64,000 bases of DNA. Source: Camelus dromedarius. Lineage: Eukaryota. The notes under the pieces are model-generated. The model had not been told where the DNA came from and did no database searches. It was given only the letters and a program-made list of their open reading frames with translations. The number at the start of each line of letters is the position of its first letter. Within the stretch, counting starts at the first letter, position 1. The stretch is taken from assembly GCF_036321535.1 (NCBI RefSeq), contig NC_087458.1, positions 10,912,001 through 10,976,000 on the forward strand, read 5' to 3'. Of the stretch, positions 51,460 to 63,028 are shown one piece after another. Both the position numbers and the translations under genes were made by a program.

Positions 51460-51658
51460 TTAATCGATTGGGCGGCGCACAATCAAGGGAGGGTTGGGTC
51501 TTTGAAATCTTTTTTTACGCCCGGTTCCAAGATGGCGCTCATGGCCGCGCTGGGAATGCAGGGTGAAGCCGCAGTTCTGCCATCACTCAAGATGGCTGCC
51601 CCCATCAAGATGACCGGGGTGTGCCGGGGGGAAAGGGGCAGCATGATGGTCTGAGAAG
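51460..51658 (+). promoter_or_regulatory. TOMM40L promoter and exon 1
   Basis: Reverse CCAAT and GC box (gattgggcggcg) at ~51466, three CAAGATG motifs, donor AAG|gtaagg at 51659; exon 2 acceptor at 51978. Confidence 0.7.
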
Positions 51659-52014
51659 GTAAGGGCTATTGCTCCATTGCAAGCCTCGCCTTGGGGCCTA
51701 GGAATGAGGAGTAGAAAGACTAGGAAGTTGGGTGAGGTCTGTGGCGGGGACTAGGATTAGAGAGTGGGGGAGGAGACAGGGGTGACAGGTAGGGGTGAGG
51801 GATTAAAGATGGGATGGGAGTGTGCCTGGGGTTCAAACTCCCTACCGGTGCCCTCTCTCCCCACACCTCCTGTTCCAGGTCTAGCGTTGGACCATGTGGA
51901 AGTTTCTGGGACTGGGGAGTCGGATAATGGGGGGTGGGGCCCGTGGTGGGTAGAGGAAGCTATAGAGTCCTTTCCCAGGCCAACCCAGGCTCCTCCCATG
52001 TCCTCTGGAATGAA

Positions 52015-54540
52015 ATGGGGAACACACTGGGCCTAGCACCAATGGGTGCTTTGCCCCGCCGGAGCCCCCGTCGAGAGGAACCTCTTCCCAACCCTGGGAG
52101 CTTCGATGAGCTGCACCGGCTATGCAAAGGTGAGAACTTGTCATTTGTGTGTCTCAAGTTGAAGGGGCAGAGAAGGGGAGGGTCTTGAGTGCTGGGTGTC
52201 CAGTGATCGGAGCAGAAAAGGGGAGATCACAGCTGGGGCATCCAGCCCCAGTGAGGTTCAAGTGCCCCAATGGAGTGGAGCATTTCCCGTTGCAGGACTT
52301 GAAAGGAGGTCAATTTCTCCAAAGCACTTTCTGTGGGATTGAAAGGGGAGACTACTTCTTGGGGTNNNNNNNNNNNNNNNNNNNNNNNNNNNNNNNNNNN
52401 NNNNNNNNNNNNNNNNNNNNNNNNNNNNNNNNNNNNNNNNNNNNNNNNNNNNNNNNNNNNNNNNNNNNNNNNNNNNNNNNNNNNNNNNNNNNNNNNNNNN
52501 NNNNNNNNNNNNNNNNNNNNNNNNNNNNNNNNNNNNCCTGGATCTCCTTTTCCTTTCCTTTGTACTCCAGCCTTAGCCAGGCTATAGGGAACAAAGAGGG
52601 AGGATGTGGGGGCTCTCTTTACTTCCTTTGCCTGTGGGACTTGTTGCTTTTAATCTGTATATGTTGGAATGTCTGGGTGGGGAGAAGATGAAGAGTGGGA
52701 CGGGGATTGAAATGGAGCAGGAATGCTTCTCCTCTATTGATTTCTCTTTCTCTAGGTGGCTCACACTGTGCACATGAGTGCTCTGGGCTTGCCCGGCTAC
52801 CACCTCCATGCAGCCTATGCAGGGGATTGGCAACTTAGCCCCACTGAGGTGAGGGCTCCCCACACTTGGGTTATCTCCCTAAAAGCCCAGCTGGGACCCA
52901 GGTGTAGAGGAGGAGGAAATGTGTGTGTTATGGGGAAGAATGGTTTCTTCTGAATGGGAGAGGGTGGGGAAACATTTCTGTGAGGAGCTGAGAGTTCGTC
53001 TTTGTGGCTCCACCAGGGGGCGCTGGGTACTGTGAAAGAAATCCTGAACTTGGATTTAGGCTGAATCCTGCCACCCAGCTCAGTCTTACTGTCTACACTC
53101 TTCAACAGGTGTTCCCCACTGTGGTAGGGGATATGGACAGCAGTGGTAGCCTCAATGCCCAGGTCCTGCTCCTCCTGGCAGAGCGGCTCCGAGCCAAGGC
53201 TGTCTTCCAGGTGACCCATGGTTCCTGCCTTCAGACACTGAAGCATTTCCTCTTTCTCCTCCATGAGTGTCCTGCCCTGGGGGCTCTAGGAGGAGGAGCA
53301 GAGGCTATAGTGATCCTAAATAGGGAGAGAGATTTTACTTCTTGCTGTTCCTACCCAGACACAGCAGGCCAAATTCCTGACATGGCAGTTTGATGGCGAG
53401 TATCGGGGAGATGACTACACAGCCACTCTGACCCTGGGAAATCCTGACCTGATCGGGGAATCGGGTGAGGAATTGGCACAGGGTTCTATTCATCTTGGCT
53501 GCCCACTTGCTCATGTTGGCTCTGCCTCTTCACTGTCTGTACAGTTCAGGGATTAGAAAAGAAACTTCTTGGGCAGGCTGGGGTGGGGACTGCTGAGGTG
53601 AGGGAGCAGGCCTGTCTCTATGACTGACTGTGNNNNNNNNNNNNNNNNNNNNNNNNNNNNNNNNNNNNNNNNNNNNNNNNNNNNNNNNNNNNNNNNNNNN
53701 NNNNNNNNNNNNNNNNNNNNNNNNNNNNNNNNNNNNNNNNNNNNNNNNNNNNNNNNNNNNNNNNNNNNNNNNNNNNNNNNNNNNNNNNNNNNNNNNGATG
53801 GGGAGGGAAATCCTGAGCTTGGCTGGGGTTCCTGGCCTGTGTCCTAATACAGTAACATTTCTTTTCTCTTGTACTTTGTTTTTCACAGCTGTACACTGGG
53901 TAGCTACATTGAATGTGGGATCAGGTGGGGCCCATGCAAGTTATTACCACAGGGCAAATGAACAGGTGAGTCTCCTGATCCCGTCCCCCACACCTGCAAG
54001 TTGCTCTGGATCTCCCTCTACAGGCCCTACTGACCAACTGTTCTTCCTCCCCACACTACACATACATTTCACACATGCCTTCATTCTGCTGATGCCCTGT
54101 AAAGACTCCTCTAGTCTTCATTGAGACAGATCCCTCTCCCATCCTTCCCCTTGGTTCTCAGGTTCAGGTTGGAGTGGAGTTTGAGGCAAACACAAGGCTA
54201 CAAGACACAACCTTCTCCTTTGGTTACCACCTGACTCTGCCCCAGGCCAACATGGTGTTTAGAGGTGAGGCTTATTCAGATGACATTCAGAGGTGCTGAG
54301 GGACTGGGGAGACAGTGGGAAGGAAGCTCCGCCTTACTTCTGCCGACCCCTTTCTCCAAGCCCTGTTAAATAACCTAGTCTATATCCTCTTCCCCAACAG
54401 GCTTGGTGGATAGTAACTGGTGTGTGGGTGCTGTGCTGGAGAANNNNNNNNNNNNNNNNNNNNNNNNNNNNNNNNNNNNNNNNNNNNNNNNNNNNNNNNN
54501 NNNNNNNNNNNNNNNNNNNNNNNNNNNNNNNNNNNNNNNN
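52015..54540 (+). CDS. TOMM40L: Mitochondrial import receptor TOM40-like (two exons and the stop in N gaps; end coordinate estimated)
   Basis: Visible exons 52015-52129 ([38 protein letters not shown]), 52756-52848, 53109-53210, 53359-53464, 53889-53965, 54162-54264, 54401-54443 then gap. Missing exons expected in gaps 52366-52536 and 53633-53796. Stop estimated near 54540 from the 308-aa ortholog length. Confidence 0.92.
52696..52755 (+). ncRNA. Candidate degenerate MIR5187-like tailed mirtron at a TOMM40L intron 3' end
   Basis: TGGGACGGGGATTGAAATGGA ... ATTGATTTCTCTTTCTCTAG ends at the acceptor and resembles the recalled hsa-miR-5187 5p/3p arms. The hairpin relies on many G-U pairs. Confidence 0.35.
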
Positions 54541-55147
54541 NNNNNNNNNNNNNNNNNNNNNNNNNNNNNNNNNNNNNNNNNNNNNNNNNNNNNNNNNNNN
54601 NNNNNNNNGGCCCTTCCCCAGAGCCCACCTTGCTGGGTGATCTCTAGGGCCCAGGAGCCAGAGTGGGGACAGGACCATGCCCTCCTCAGAACTGGAGCTG
54701 CCACAGGGGCAGCTGCTGAGGCAGTGGTTTGAGGCTCCCTACTCTGCCATCAGCCCCAGAATCATCTTCCCATGCTCTTGTGGCTCTGGACTAAGGGAGA
54801 AGGATTAAGGGGTATGTCTGGCTGATTTTCCTCCCCTCACTCCCATTTCCTTCATTTCCCTGTGGATTAAAGCTCCTAGCCTCTTCCTCTTCAGAGCAGA
54901 AAAATCTGCATGGGATTAGCTCCCCATCCTCTTTTCCATCCCAGAGTCTCCCAAGGCTGGGAAGGAATGGCTGAAGGGCTAAATCTTTCACCTCAGAAAG
55001 TGGGGCCCACCTATTCCCAGAAGGAGCTTCTTTACCTCTTAGCCCTGGGGCTTCGTCTTTCCCCATCTTCTGTGCTTCCAGAGAACAACTTTGTCCCCAT
55101 GGCGACCCCTCACTCTCCCCATTACTGCATGAAGAGGCAGTTATTGC

Positions 55148-55153
55148 TTTAAT
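55148..55153 (-). terminator. NR1I3 polyadenylation signal (ATTAAA)
   Basis: TTTAAT on the + strand 115 nt past the stop. Confidence 0.6.
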
Positions 55154-55267
55154 CTTTCATTGCAACCAGGGGGCTCCCTTTCTACTGGCCCCAACCTATG
55201 GTTCCAGCGTTTTCCCCTTTCCAGTCCAATGTGTCCAGGTGGGCTGGGAAAGGAGGTGAACTGGACC

Positions 55268-58200
55268 TTAGCTGCAGATCTCCTGGAGCAGTGGCATCAT
55301 GGTGGACAGTCCCTGGATGTGCTGGATTTGGTACCCATATGCGTTGTTAATGCTCCGGAGCTCAGCCAACAGGCCCAGCAGCTTCGCATATAGAAACCTG
55401 GGAAGAAGTAGTGGGGTCACCAGGGAAAGAGAAGGGAAATAAAGCAGCTGAGAGTCTTGTCCTGAGGCCCTGATTCCCTGAACTGCCCCTCAGTGAAGCT
55501 AGGTCTGAACACTAGAAAATATGCTCTGGTGTGACAAATGTACCAAAAGTTCCAAAGGTCCCCGAGGGGGCCTCTGACACTGACTCCTTTCACTATGCCA
55601 TTTTTCTTGAACCCAGAGCTCTGAGCCCCAAGTGTGAAGAAAACCCCAGACTTGGCCAGATTTTCAACTGTGTGGCATCTGAGGATCTGGCCTTCCAGAG
55701 CAGGTTCCAGAAGGTGGATGTGTTCTGTGGTATAAAGCATCCCTTTTCTGGCCAAATGGGCTCATTGAGGAATAAGCAAGAACAGAAGTGGAGCATACCT
55801 TAGAGCCTGGATAGATCATGGACTGTGATACAGGGACTGGCTTTGGCCATGAAAGTGAATGACCATAACTTCAAGGGGAATGAAAAATTAAAGGAATTGG
55901 ACCAATGGAGAGGAGGGGAAGGGCCAAGGAAAGAGAGTGAACAAAACTGTTGAAAGGCTGCTCTAGTCTGGAGAAGTTGCTTGGTGAGGTGATGGATGTC
56001 ATCAATCTCAGGAATGCTATTATACAGAGCCTGTGAGCTACTACCTTGCATCTCTACTGAATAAAAAAATATGGAAAAAGTGAGATGAAATAGCAGTAGG
56101 AGCAATTTGGATGCTGGAGCTCTGTGAGATGGGAGGGAAGGACTAGACCTTCAAGGGCCCTGGTTTCCCAAAAGAAAGGACAGCAAAAGCTTCCTGAGTT
56201 CTATGTCTCCCTAACCCGTTCCTGCTCTGGTATAGCCTCCAGTCCCACCATACCGGTCCCGGGGACTTGGCTGCTGGCCTTTGATGTATCTCTGCAGAGT
56301 CAGTGCCATCTCCTCTTGCAACTGATCAATCTCTTCCCTCCGGGTTACCCCAGGCCGGTCTGTAAGATAGGGAGTAGGGCAGGACAAGGTTGGGGGTTGT
56401 GGGTAGCCTGCACAGGGGGGACCCAAGGCTGAGATCGACCCATTCCAGTGGTTTGAAGACTAAGGCTTGGATGGGTGGATGCAGGGAGCTGGGAGTTTGG
56501 GCAGAGGTGGTGGAACAAAAGCTTTTGGGCTTTGGGGGATACTCACCAGGAGAGAAGAGGGCCATGGCAGCCATGAGCACATACTCGGGCTCCTGGAGCT
56601 GCAGTCGCCGCAATGTCCTATGGAAGCCAAAGAGCAACTCCAAAAACTCTTCCTGAAACCCCGCTGTGGGAGACACAAGGCTTAGGAGCCTTTGGTTCAC
56701 CTTGCCACATACCATACCAAAGGGATGCCTTCTGCTGTTCTAGCACCATCTCACCATGCACTGCATCTTCTATTGTGTAGCGAAGAGGTCCACAGAGGAA
56801 GTTTTGCGTTTGGAGACAGAAAGTGGTATTGAGTGCTATATGACAGATTTCTATAGCTGCTCCTTTGAGAAGAGAGATTTGGTCCTCCATGGGCAGGGAC
56901 CTGTGGGGAGTAGGTAACCGGCACTTCAGACTCTAGCCTGAACTTCAGAGAGGGAGCGGAACACCCAGTTCTGATTGGATACTTAAAAACAAAGCTGGGA
57001 ATTCAAGACCTGGCTTTTGGAAAGGCTGAAGGATGGGTTAGTTTGGTCAGTGACTTTATTTATTTTTGGTCAGGGGCAGATTATAGTTTACTGGAGTGTT
57101 TTCTTCCTGAAAGGTAAGGAGAGGTCACATACCGAAAGACAGGGAGATCCTTGGTGAACTTGATGATTTGCTGTACCATGAAAGTACTGATGTCTGCAAA
57201 GTGTGTGAGCAGCGCTAGTGCAGGGACAAGGGTGGGCAAGCGCTGGTGATGGATGAACAGATGAGCTGGAGGCTGCAGAGATCAGAACCTAAGTAAGAGG
57301 CACCCCCTCCACCACCCCTTAGGAATCCCCTTTAGGCCTCTCCAGCTTTATCTTGGATGGGTTCTAGGCTGAGGAATCTGCCCCACTGAGGTTCCAGAGA
57401 AGTCCCGTCCTCTGTATTGGTGCATGGCACACAGCCCCCTCCCTCAGGCCAGCCTCCTTGGGCACCCTTTTTGTCACACTCTAGCTTGAATCCTGTAAGT
57501 GCTCACCCTGAACTGCACAAACTGGTGAAACATGGGGCCCACGTGGCGGGTGTGGGCCCCCAGGAGTGTCTGGACTAGCTCTTTCTGCTCCTTACTCAGC
57601 TGCATCGACGCTTGCTGTGCCCGTCGTTGGGCCTGTCTTGCTCGCCGCAATGCCAGGGCTCCTGCTGACAGGATCACTGTGCCCAGGGAAGGGATGTGAC
57701 AAAGCTATTGAGACCAGCAGAGAGCGACTTTCTCTGCCAGCCCCTGGTCCGTGACCCTCAGACACTGCACGATGAAGGACACAGGGACAGAGGAGAGTTC
57801 CTGAGGCCTCCTTGGGCTTGGGTAAAGTCCCAGAGGCTCCAGGTGGCAGGAGGTTCCTGTACACTCTCCTCGACCTGCGAGGCACTGCAGCAGAAAACAA
57901 TGCACTGTGGGAGGGAAAGAGAGGATGGAGAGTAAAGTGGGAACAGCGGAAGGATATGTTTGGCTTCTGGGGGAATGTTGAAGCGGGAGGACCCTTGGTA
58001 CCTAAAACATCACCTATGTTTGCATGGCATTGTAATTTCAAAGGTTCTGAGGTTAAATCTCCATGGGTAAAGAGGGCAGGTGTTATCTATATTTTTCAGA
58101 AACACAAACAGGCTGACATTCCAGTGACAGGTCCAAGATTACTTATGTGATGTAGTTTGGATTCAAACCAAGATTTTTTTTTGACTTCTACAGTTTCCAC

Positions 58201-59530
58201 TGCTCCATATGGAACAGTTGTGTGATGTCATAGAAAAAGCAAGTGTCTGACGAATACTGACCCTATAACTTTTCAGCTGAGTAGACTTGGGCAAGTTGAC
58301 TTCTGTTACGTTAAGTTGACTACAAGTTACATTATTTGTTGGGAGCATAGCCTAATTATCTGGCACAGAGGAAAAGCATTAAATAATTAATTTAACAATG
58401 ATCAAGTACCTACGATGTGACAGGCAGTATGCTTGAAAAATAGAAGAGAAAGAGCAAGCCATAGAGGAAGAGTGTTCCGGGTAGAGGCAATGGCAAGTGT
58501 AAGTAGAAGTTACAACATTCCCGAGGATACCGCGCTTGGTGTGTTTGAGAATGGCATTGATGTCAGTGTGGTTGGGATGGACTGAGCAAGGGGAAGAGTA
58601 GGAAGTAAAACCTGAGAGGTGGTATTGGGGAGCTCAACCATGAGGTCATGGACCGTGTAAGAGAGATGAGGAGCCCTTGGAGGTTTTGAGCAGAAAAGTG
58701 ACACTGTCTGACTTGTTTAAAAAGCTTACTCTGCCTGCTGTGTGGAGAATACGCTGCGGGAACAAGGGCAAAGCATAGTCAGTGGAGAGACATAGTCAGT
58801 GGATTCTAGGGACGGTAGGGGGCCAACTCACTGTCTTTCTTCATGCCAGCATCTAGGCACTTCTGCAACCTGCAGGCTGGGCAGTGGCGCCTCTGGGCCT
58901 TGCTGACCTTACAGCTTCCCACAAAGGGACAGGTGAGAGCGGTGCTTTTGTTGACTGTTCGCCTGTGAGGACGGAGACGTGAAGGGTCAGGGATGGTAGC
59001 GAGCAGGTGGGTATGTGAGGGGCCCAAATGACATGGTCTAAAAGAATTTATGGTGACATGGGCTAATCTGAGCTGTGCCTAGAGGCCCCTAGGGATGGAG
59101 AGGATACAATGCATCTCAAGCATTTCCACCGGGGCACAGAATCAGGAAAGCCTGGTTGATGCTGTACTAGCTTGCTGCTTTGCCTTGAATGAAGACACTT
59201 GACTAAGGAATTGTGGCCATAGGACAGATGTTCTGCCTTCCCTCTGTAATTTTGCCACCTGTTTATACAGTATTGAGGTTGGCAATTTGCAGCATAGCCA
59301 GCCACAGGGTAGTTAGGCTCCAGGATGCAGGAATGACGTAGCAGGACAAGCTCGGGCATGTGCCAGGGCTTAAAGGCTGCCTGCAAGCAGTTTGAGAGTT
59401 TCAGTTTGGGAGGAGGTTCTCACCTGAAGAAACCCTTGCAGCCCTCACAAGTCAGGGCATGGAAGTGGTAGCCCGTGGCTCTGTCCCCGCACACCACACA
59501 GTTCCTTGGCTCATCTTCCCCGCTGGTCAT
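55268..59530 (-). CDS. NR1I3: Constitutive androstane receptor (CAR)
   Basis: Coding exons 59424-59530, 58832-58962, 57507-57676, 57133-57272, 56755-56900, 56547-56663, 56254-56359, 55268-55397; 1047 nt = 348 aa. Zinc finger [26 protein letters not shown]; AF-2 PLLQEICS*. Confidence 0.97.
58380..58790 (-). mobile_element. L2 LINE fragment in NR1I3 intron
   Basis: aagtacctacgatgtgacaggc...ggaggttttgagcagaaaagtgacactgtctgacttgtttaaaaagcttactctg. Confidence 0.55.
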
Positions 59531-59936
59531 GGCTTCAGGTGTTGGGGTGGCTGTCACAGGCCCCTGAATGTGGAGGGGTTAGCATTCAGCTCTGGACCCC
59601 CTTGACCCTCTTCTCCCCCTTCTGCAGAGCCTCTTCACAAACCTGCCCTGGGCCTGACCCTCTGTGTTATCTGCACTTTATTGCTTTCAGTTTCTGGCCC
59701 CCAAAAGGTATCCTACCTGCTCCTTTTAGGCAGCATGTCACCTGTAGGCCACAGAATCTGGTGTCGGATTCTTCTCAGACTACCACTCTGACCCCGCTTT
59801 CCCCTTGATCTCAGGAGCTACCGGAGTTAAGAGTTAGGGATTATGGCCTCAGTACCTGGAAAACAAGGAACACCTGGTATGTGTGGCTTCCAGTTGTTCT
59901 CAGCGACTACCAGGATAGGGCACAGACTCTGGACCC

Positions 59937-59949
59937 AGGGCAAAGGCTT
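59937..59949. promoter_or_regulatory. DR1 (HNF4-type) element in the NR1I3 promoter
   Basis: AGGGCA-A-AGGCTT about 100 nt upstream of exon 1 (exon 1 donor at 59717). Resembles the recalled human CAR promoter HNF4A site AGGCCTTTGCCCT. Confidence 0.65.
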
Positions 59950-60371
59950 GGGTGGGAGGTGTTCCCAGCATGCCCATGGTGCTGGTTGCTGCCACATGGG
60001 GAGGGACCCTGGTAGGTGGGAAGCTCATGACTCATTAGAAGCTGTGCCTTATCAGATCCATTTCCCTACTGCCGAGCTTCAGGCTAGATCTTCTGCCTCC
60101 CCTGTACATGGATCCTGGACAAGCTGTGGGGAGAGACAGAGAGAGACAGAGCAAGTGGTCTCACACGCAGTATGTCAACAGTAAAAGAACAGGAAAAACA
60201 ATTGCCAGGCTCTCAAAAGGAGAGTTCTTCAAAAGAGACTGGGGTCTAATCAAGAGCTGATGCAAAGAACTAGAAGAGGTCCTATTTCCCAACTAAGAAG
60301 GGCTGAGAATTAAATCAAAGTGGGCTCAAATAAACTAGAGGTAGTTGGGATTGATTTGAGGGCTCTTACAT

Positions 60372-60551
60372 TAAAGCTGGCTTCATCGGAGTGTGACCTG
60401 TGCAGTCACACAGGCTCTGTACTCAAAGTGGTTTCAGGTTTGGTTTAATGCTCTGCTGTTGCTGCTGTCTTGAAATTCTTCATGATTTTTGAACAAGGGG
60501 CCCTGCATTTTCATTTTTTAGTGGGCCATGCAAATTATGTACCTGGTCCTG
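60372..60551 (+). mobile_element. MER45A-like hAT-Tip100 MITE upstream of NR1I3
   Basis: ctggcttcatcggagtgtgacctgtgcagtcacacagg...ttgaaattctt...gaacaaggggccctgcattttcattt...gcaaattatgtacctggtcctg matches the recalled MER45A consensus. Confidence 0.75.
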
Positions 60552-61279
60552 TCTGGAGCCAAGATGAAGGACTTCTAATTAATAAGTTTAAGAATCGGAA
60601 GTAGGAGTCTTCACTGGGGTTGTAAAGTGTTCCATAGACATTGAAGAATAATTTTGCAAATGTAGAAAGTGTATACACACACACTCTCTCTCTCTCCCAA
60701 TGCCTATGAACAGAAAAAGTAATTTCAAAAGCTATTTGGATGTTTTAGAGATGGATAACATGTTAGATACATCTATGTTGGATAAATCTGATCCCACACA
60801 CTGGAATAAGGTCCAAATCTCAGTCTTTCCATTTGAAAGGTCCTTCTCATTGCACATATCCCTGGATGTTTGCTATTTCTGCACTTATCCAGTCTTCTCT
60901 CACTGGAAATAAGCATTTTTCTTTTTTCCCTTTTTATTTTCTGTCATGTATCTGTCTCTTTAGTTAAGGGTTAAATTATAGTTAATGTTGCTCTAAAGAT
61001 GAGTTAAAAACCCAAGTGCAGGCTAGAGCCATAAAAACACACTTGCAGAGAGAGACAGAGACAGAGAGGAGACTGAGTTAGAGAGAGTCTTGTTTAGGTC
61101 CCCAGGATAAGTTGGTGGAACCCTTCATCTCAAGTAGGTACAACATCCAGCTATGGATAACTTATTGCATTTTGAAATAATCTGAGTTCCAGAGGGCACA
61201 GGTGCTTAGATCTGGTCTTGGGAGTTGGTAAGCCTATATATGTGTATGCATCTGTTGGTATCTTTGCATGAGTGGGACT

Positions 61280-62180
61280 GTGAGAATTCATACTAATGCA
61301 ATCAACAAATACTGACTGAGAACCTACTATATATGAGACAATAGGGGGAAAAAGATGAATAAGATACTCTCCTGCTCTCATGGAGTTTAAACATGCTAGT
61401 TGGGGAGACATACCTTTACAAAGATGCAAATAAATATGTGGTCAGATCACTGATGATGCTTGCATAGGGCATTATGGGATCACAGGAGAGGGGCACCTGA
61501 TCTTGCTTTGGCAAAGGGGTGTTTAGGAAGAGGCAGGAAAGGCTTCCTGGAGGAATGGCAACTGAGTTGATTTTTAAAGGATAATGGGGAGTTAGCCAGG
61601 TAAAAATAAAAGACAGTTCAGGTAGAGGGTGCAACCTGAGAAGTTCAAGAAGCCAGATACAAAAAACAGCTATGGTAGAACCACAAATATGCCTTTCTTG
61701 CTGGAGCATATCATTTCAGGCTGGAAGTGGGAAGAGAGAAGTCTAAAGAGATAAGGGATGAGGCTGAGATGTAGGCAAGGCCAGTCCACAAGAGACCGCA
61801 TATGCCAGAGAAAGCAGTGTGATTCCATCAGGAAGCTTTTAAAGGGTAAGATGGGAGATGACATTGTCAGATCTAGTCCAGATATCTAACTACTGGCTGC
61901 TTGGAAGATGGATTTGAGGAAGCAGGACTGGAGGCAAAAAACCAGTTAGAAAGGTATTGCCATAAAATAGGTGAGGGATTAAGCCTGAGCTAGGATAGTG
62001 GTCGGATGTAGTGGAGGAGCGTGTTTTGAGAAATACATGGGAGATGAAATAACTGGAACTTGGTGACTACTACAATGTCTGGGCTGAGAAAGAGAAAGAG
62101 AAGTTAAAGACAACTCCAGGTTCCTAGCATGGGTGATTGAGTGTTTGGTGGTACCACCAACTGGGAGAGGGATTACAGGA
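61280..62180 (-). mobile_element. L2 LINE fragment
   Basis: caatcaacaaatactgactgagaacctact...ggaaaggcttcctggagg...tagatgtcc-like segments...aaagacaactccaggttcctagcatgggtgattg. Further L2 pieces at ~62610-62690 and 63760-64000 flank the L1. Confidence 0.65.
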
Positions 62181-63028
62181 GGAGTGCAGGGCCCTCTGTC
62201 CTTGGGCCCCTGCCCACTTCCACAGCTGCCAAATTACTCTAGCAATAAGTTATTAAGTACCCACTCTGTGGTGAGGCACTGTGGGGAGGGATAAAAGAGA
62301 GGGTTCCTATTATCAAGGAATTTACTATCTAATTGTGGAGACTGCGTAAGTAAATTGAACTCCTAGATCTTACAAGGAAATATATGATCAAACTCTAAAT
62401 TGTGTGGTAAAGATTATATATCATACTATCAATGTTAATTGTTTCATTAATTTGTTCCGAGTGCCCAATATGAGCAGTGTACTGTGTAAGAATCCTTATC
62501 TGTGTTAACACTAAAACGTAGGTGATATCACCACTTTACAGATGAGAAGACTGAGGCCAGAGAGTTTAAATAACTTGTACAAGGATTACTATACCTAGTA
62601 GTTTATTAAATTACTTCACTTGGATGTCACATAGGCGTCTCAATTCAATGTGTCTAAAATGGAGCTTTATGACATCTAAGGCACAAGCAACAAANNNNNN
62701 NNNNNNNNNNNNNNNNNNNNNNNNNNNNNNNNNNNNNNNNNNNNNNNNNNNNNNNNNNNNNNNNNNNNNNNNNNNNNNNNNNNNNNNNNNNNNNNNNNNN
62801 NNNNNNNNNNNNNNNNNNNNNNNNNNNNNNNNNNNNNNNNNNNNNNNNNNNNNNNNNNNNNNNNNNNNNNNNNNNNNNNNNNNNNNNNNNNNNNNNNNNN
62901 NNNNNNNNNNNNNNNNNNNNNNNNNNNNNNNNNNNNNNNNNNNNNNNNNNNNNNNNNNNNNNNNNNNNNNNNNNNNNNNNNNNNNNNNNNNNNNNNNNNN
63001 NNNNNNNNNNNNNNNNNNNNNNNNNNNN

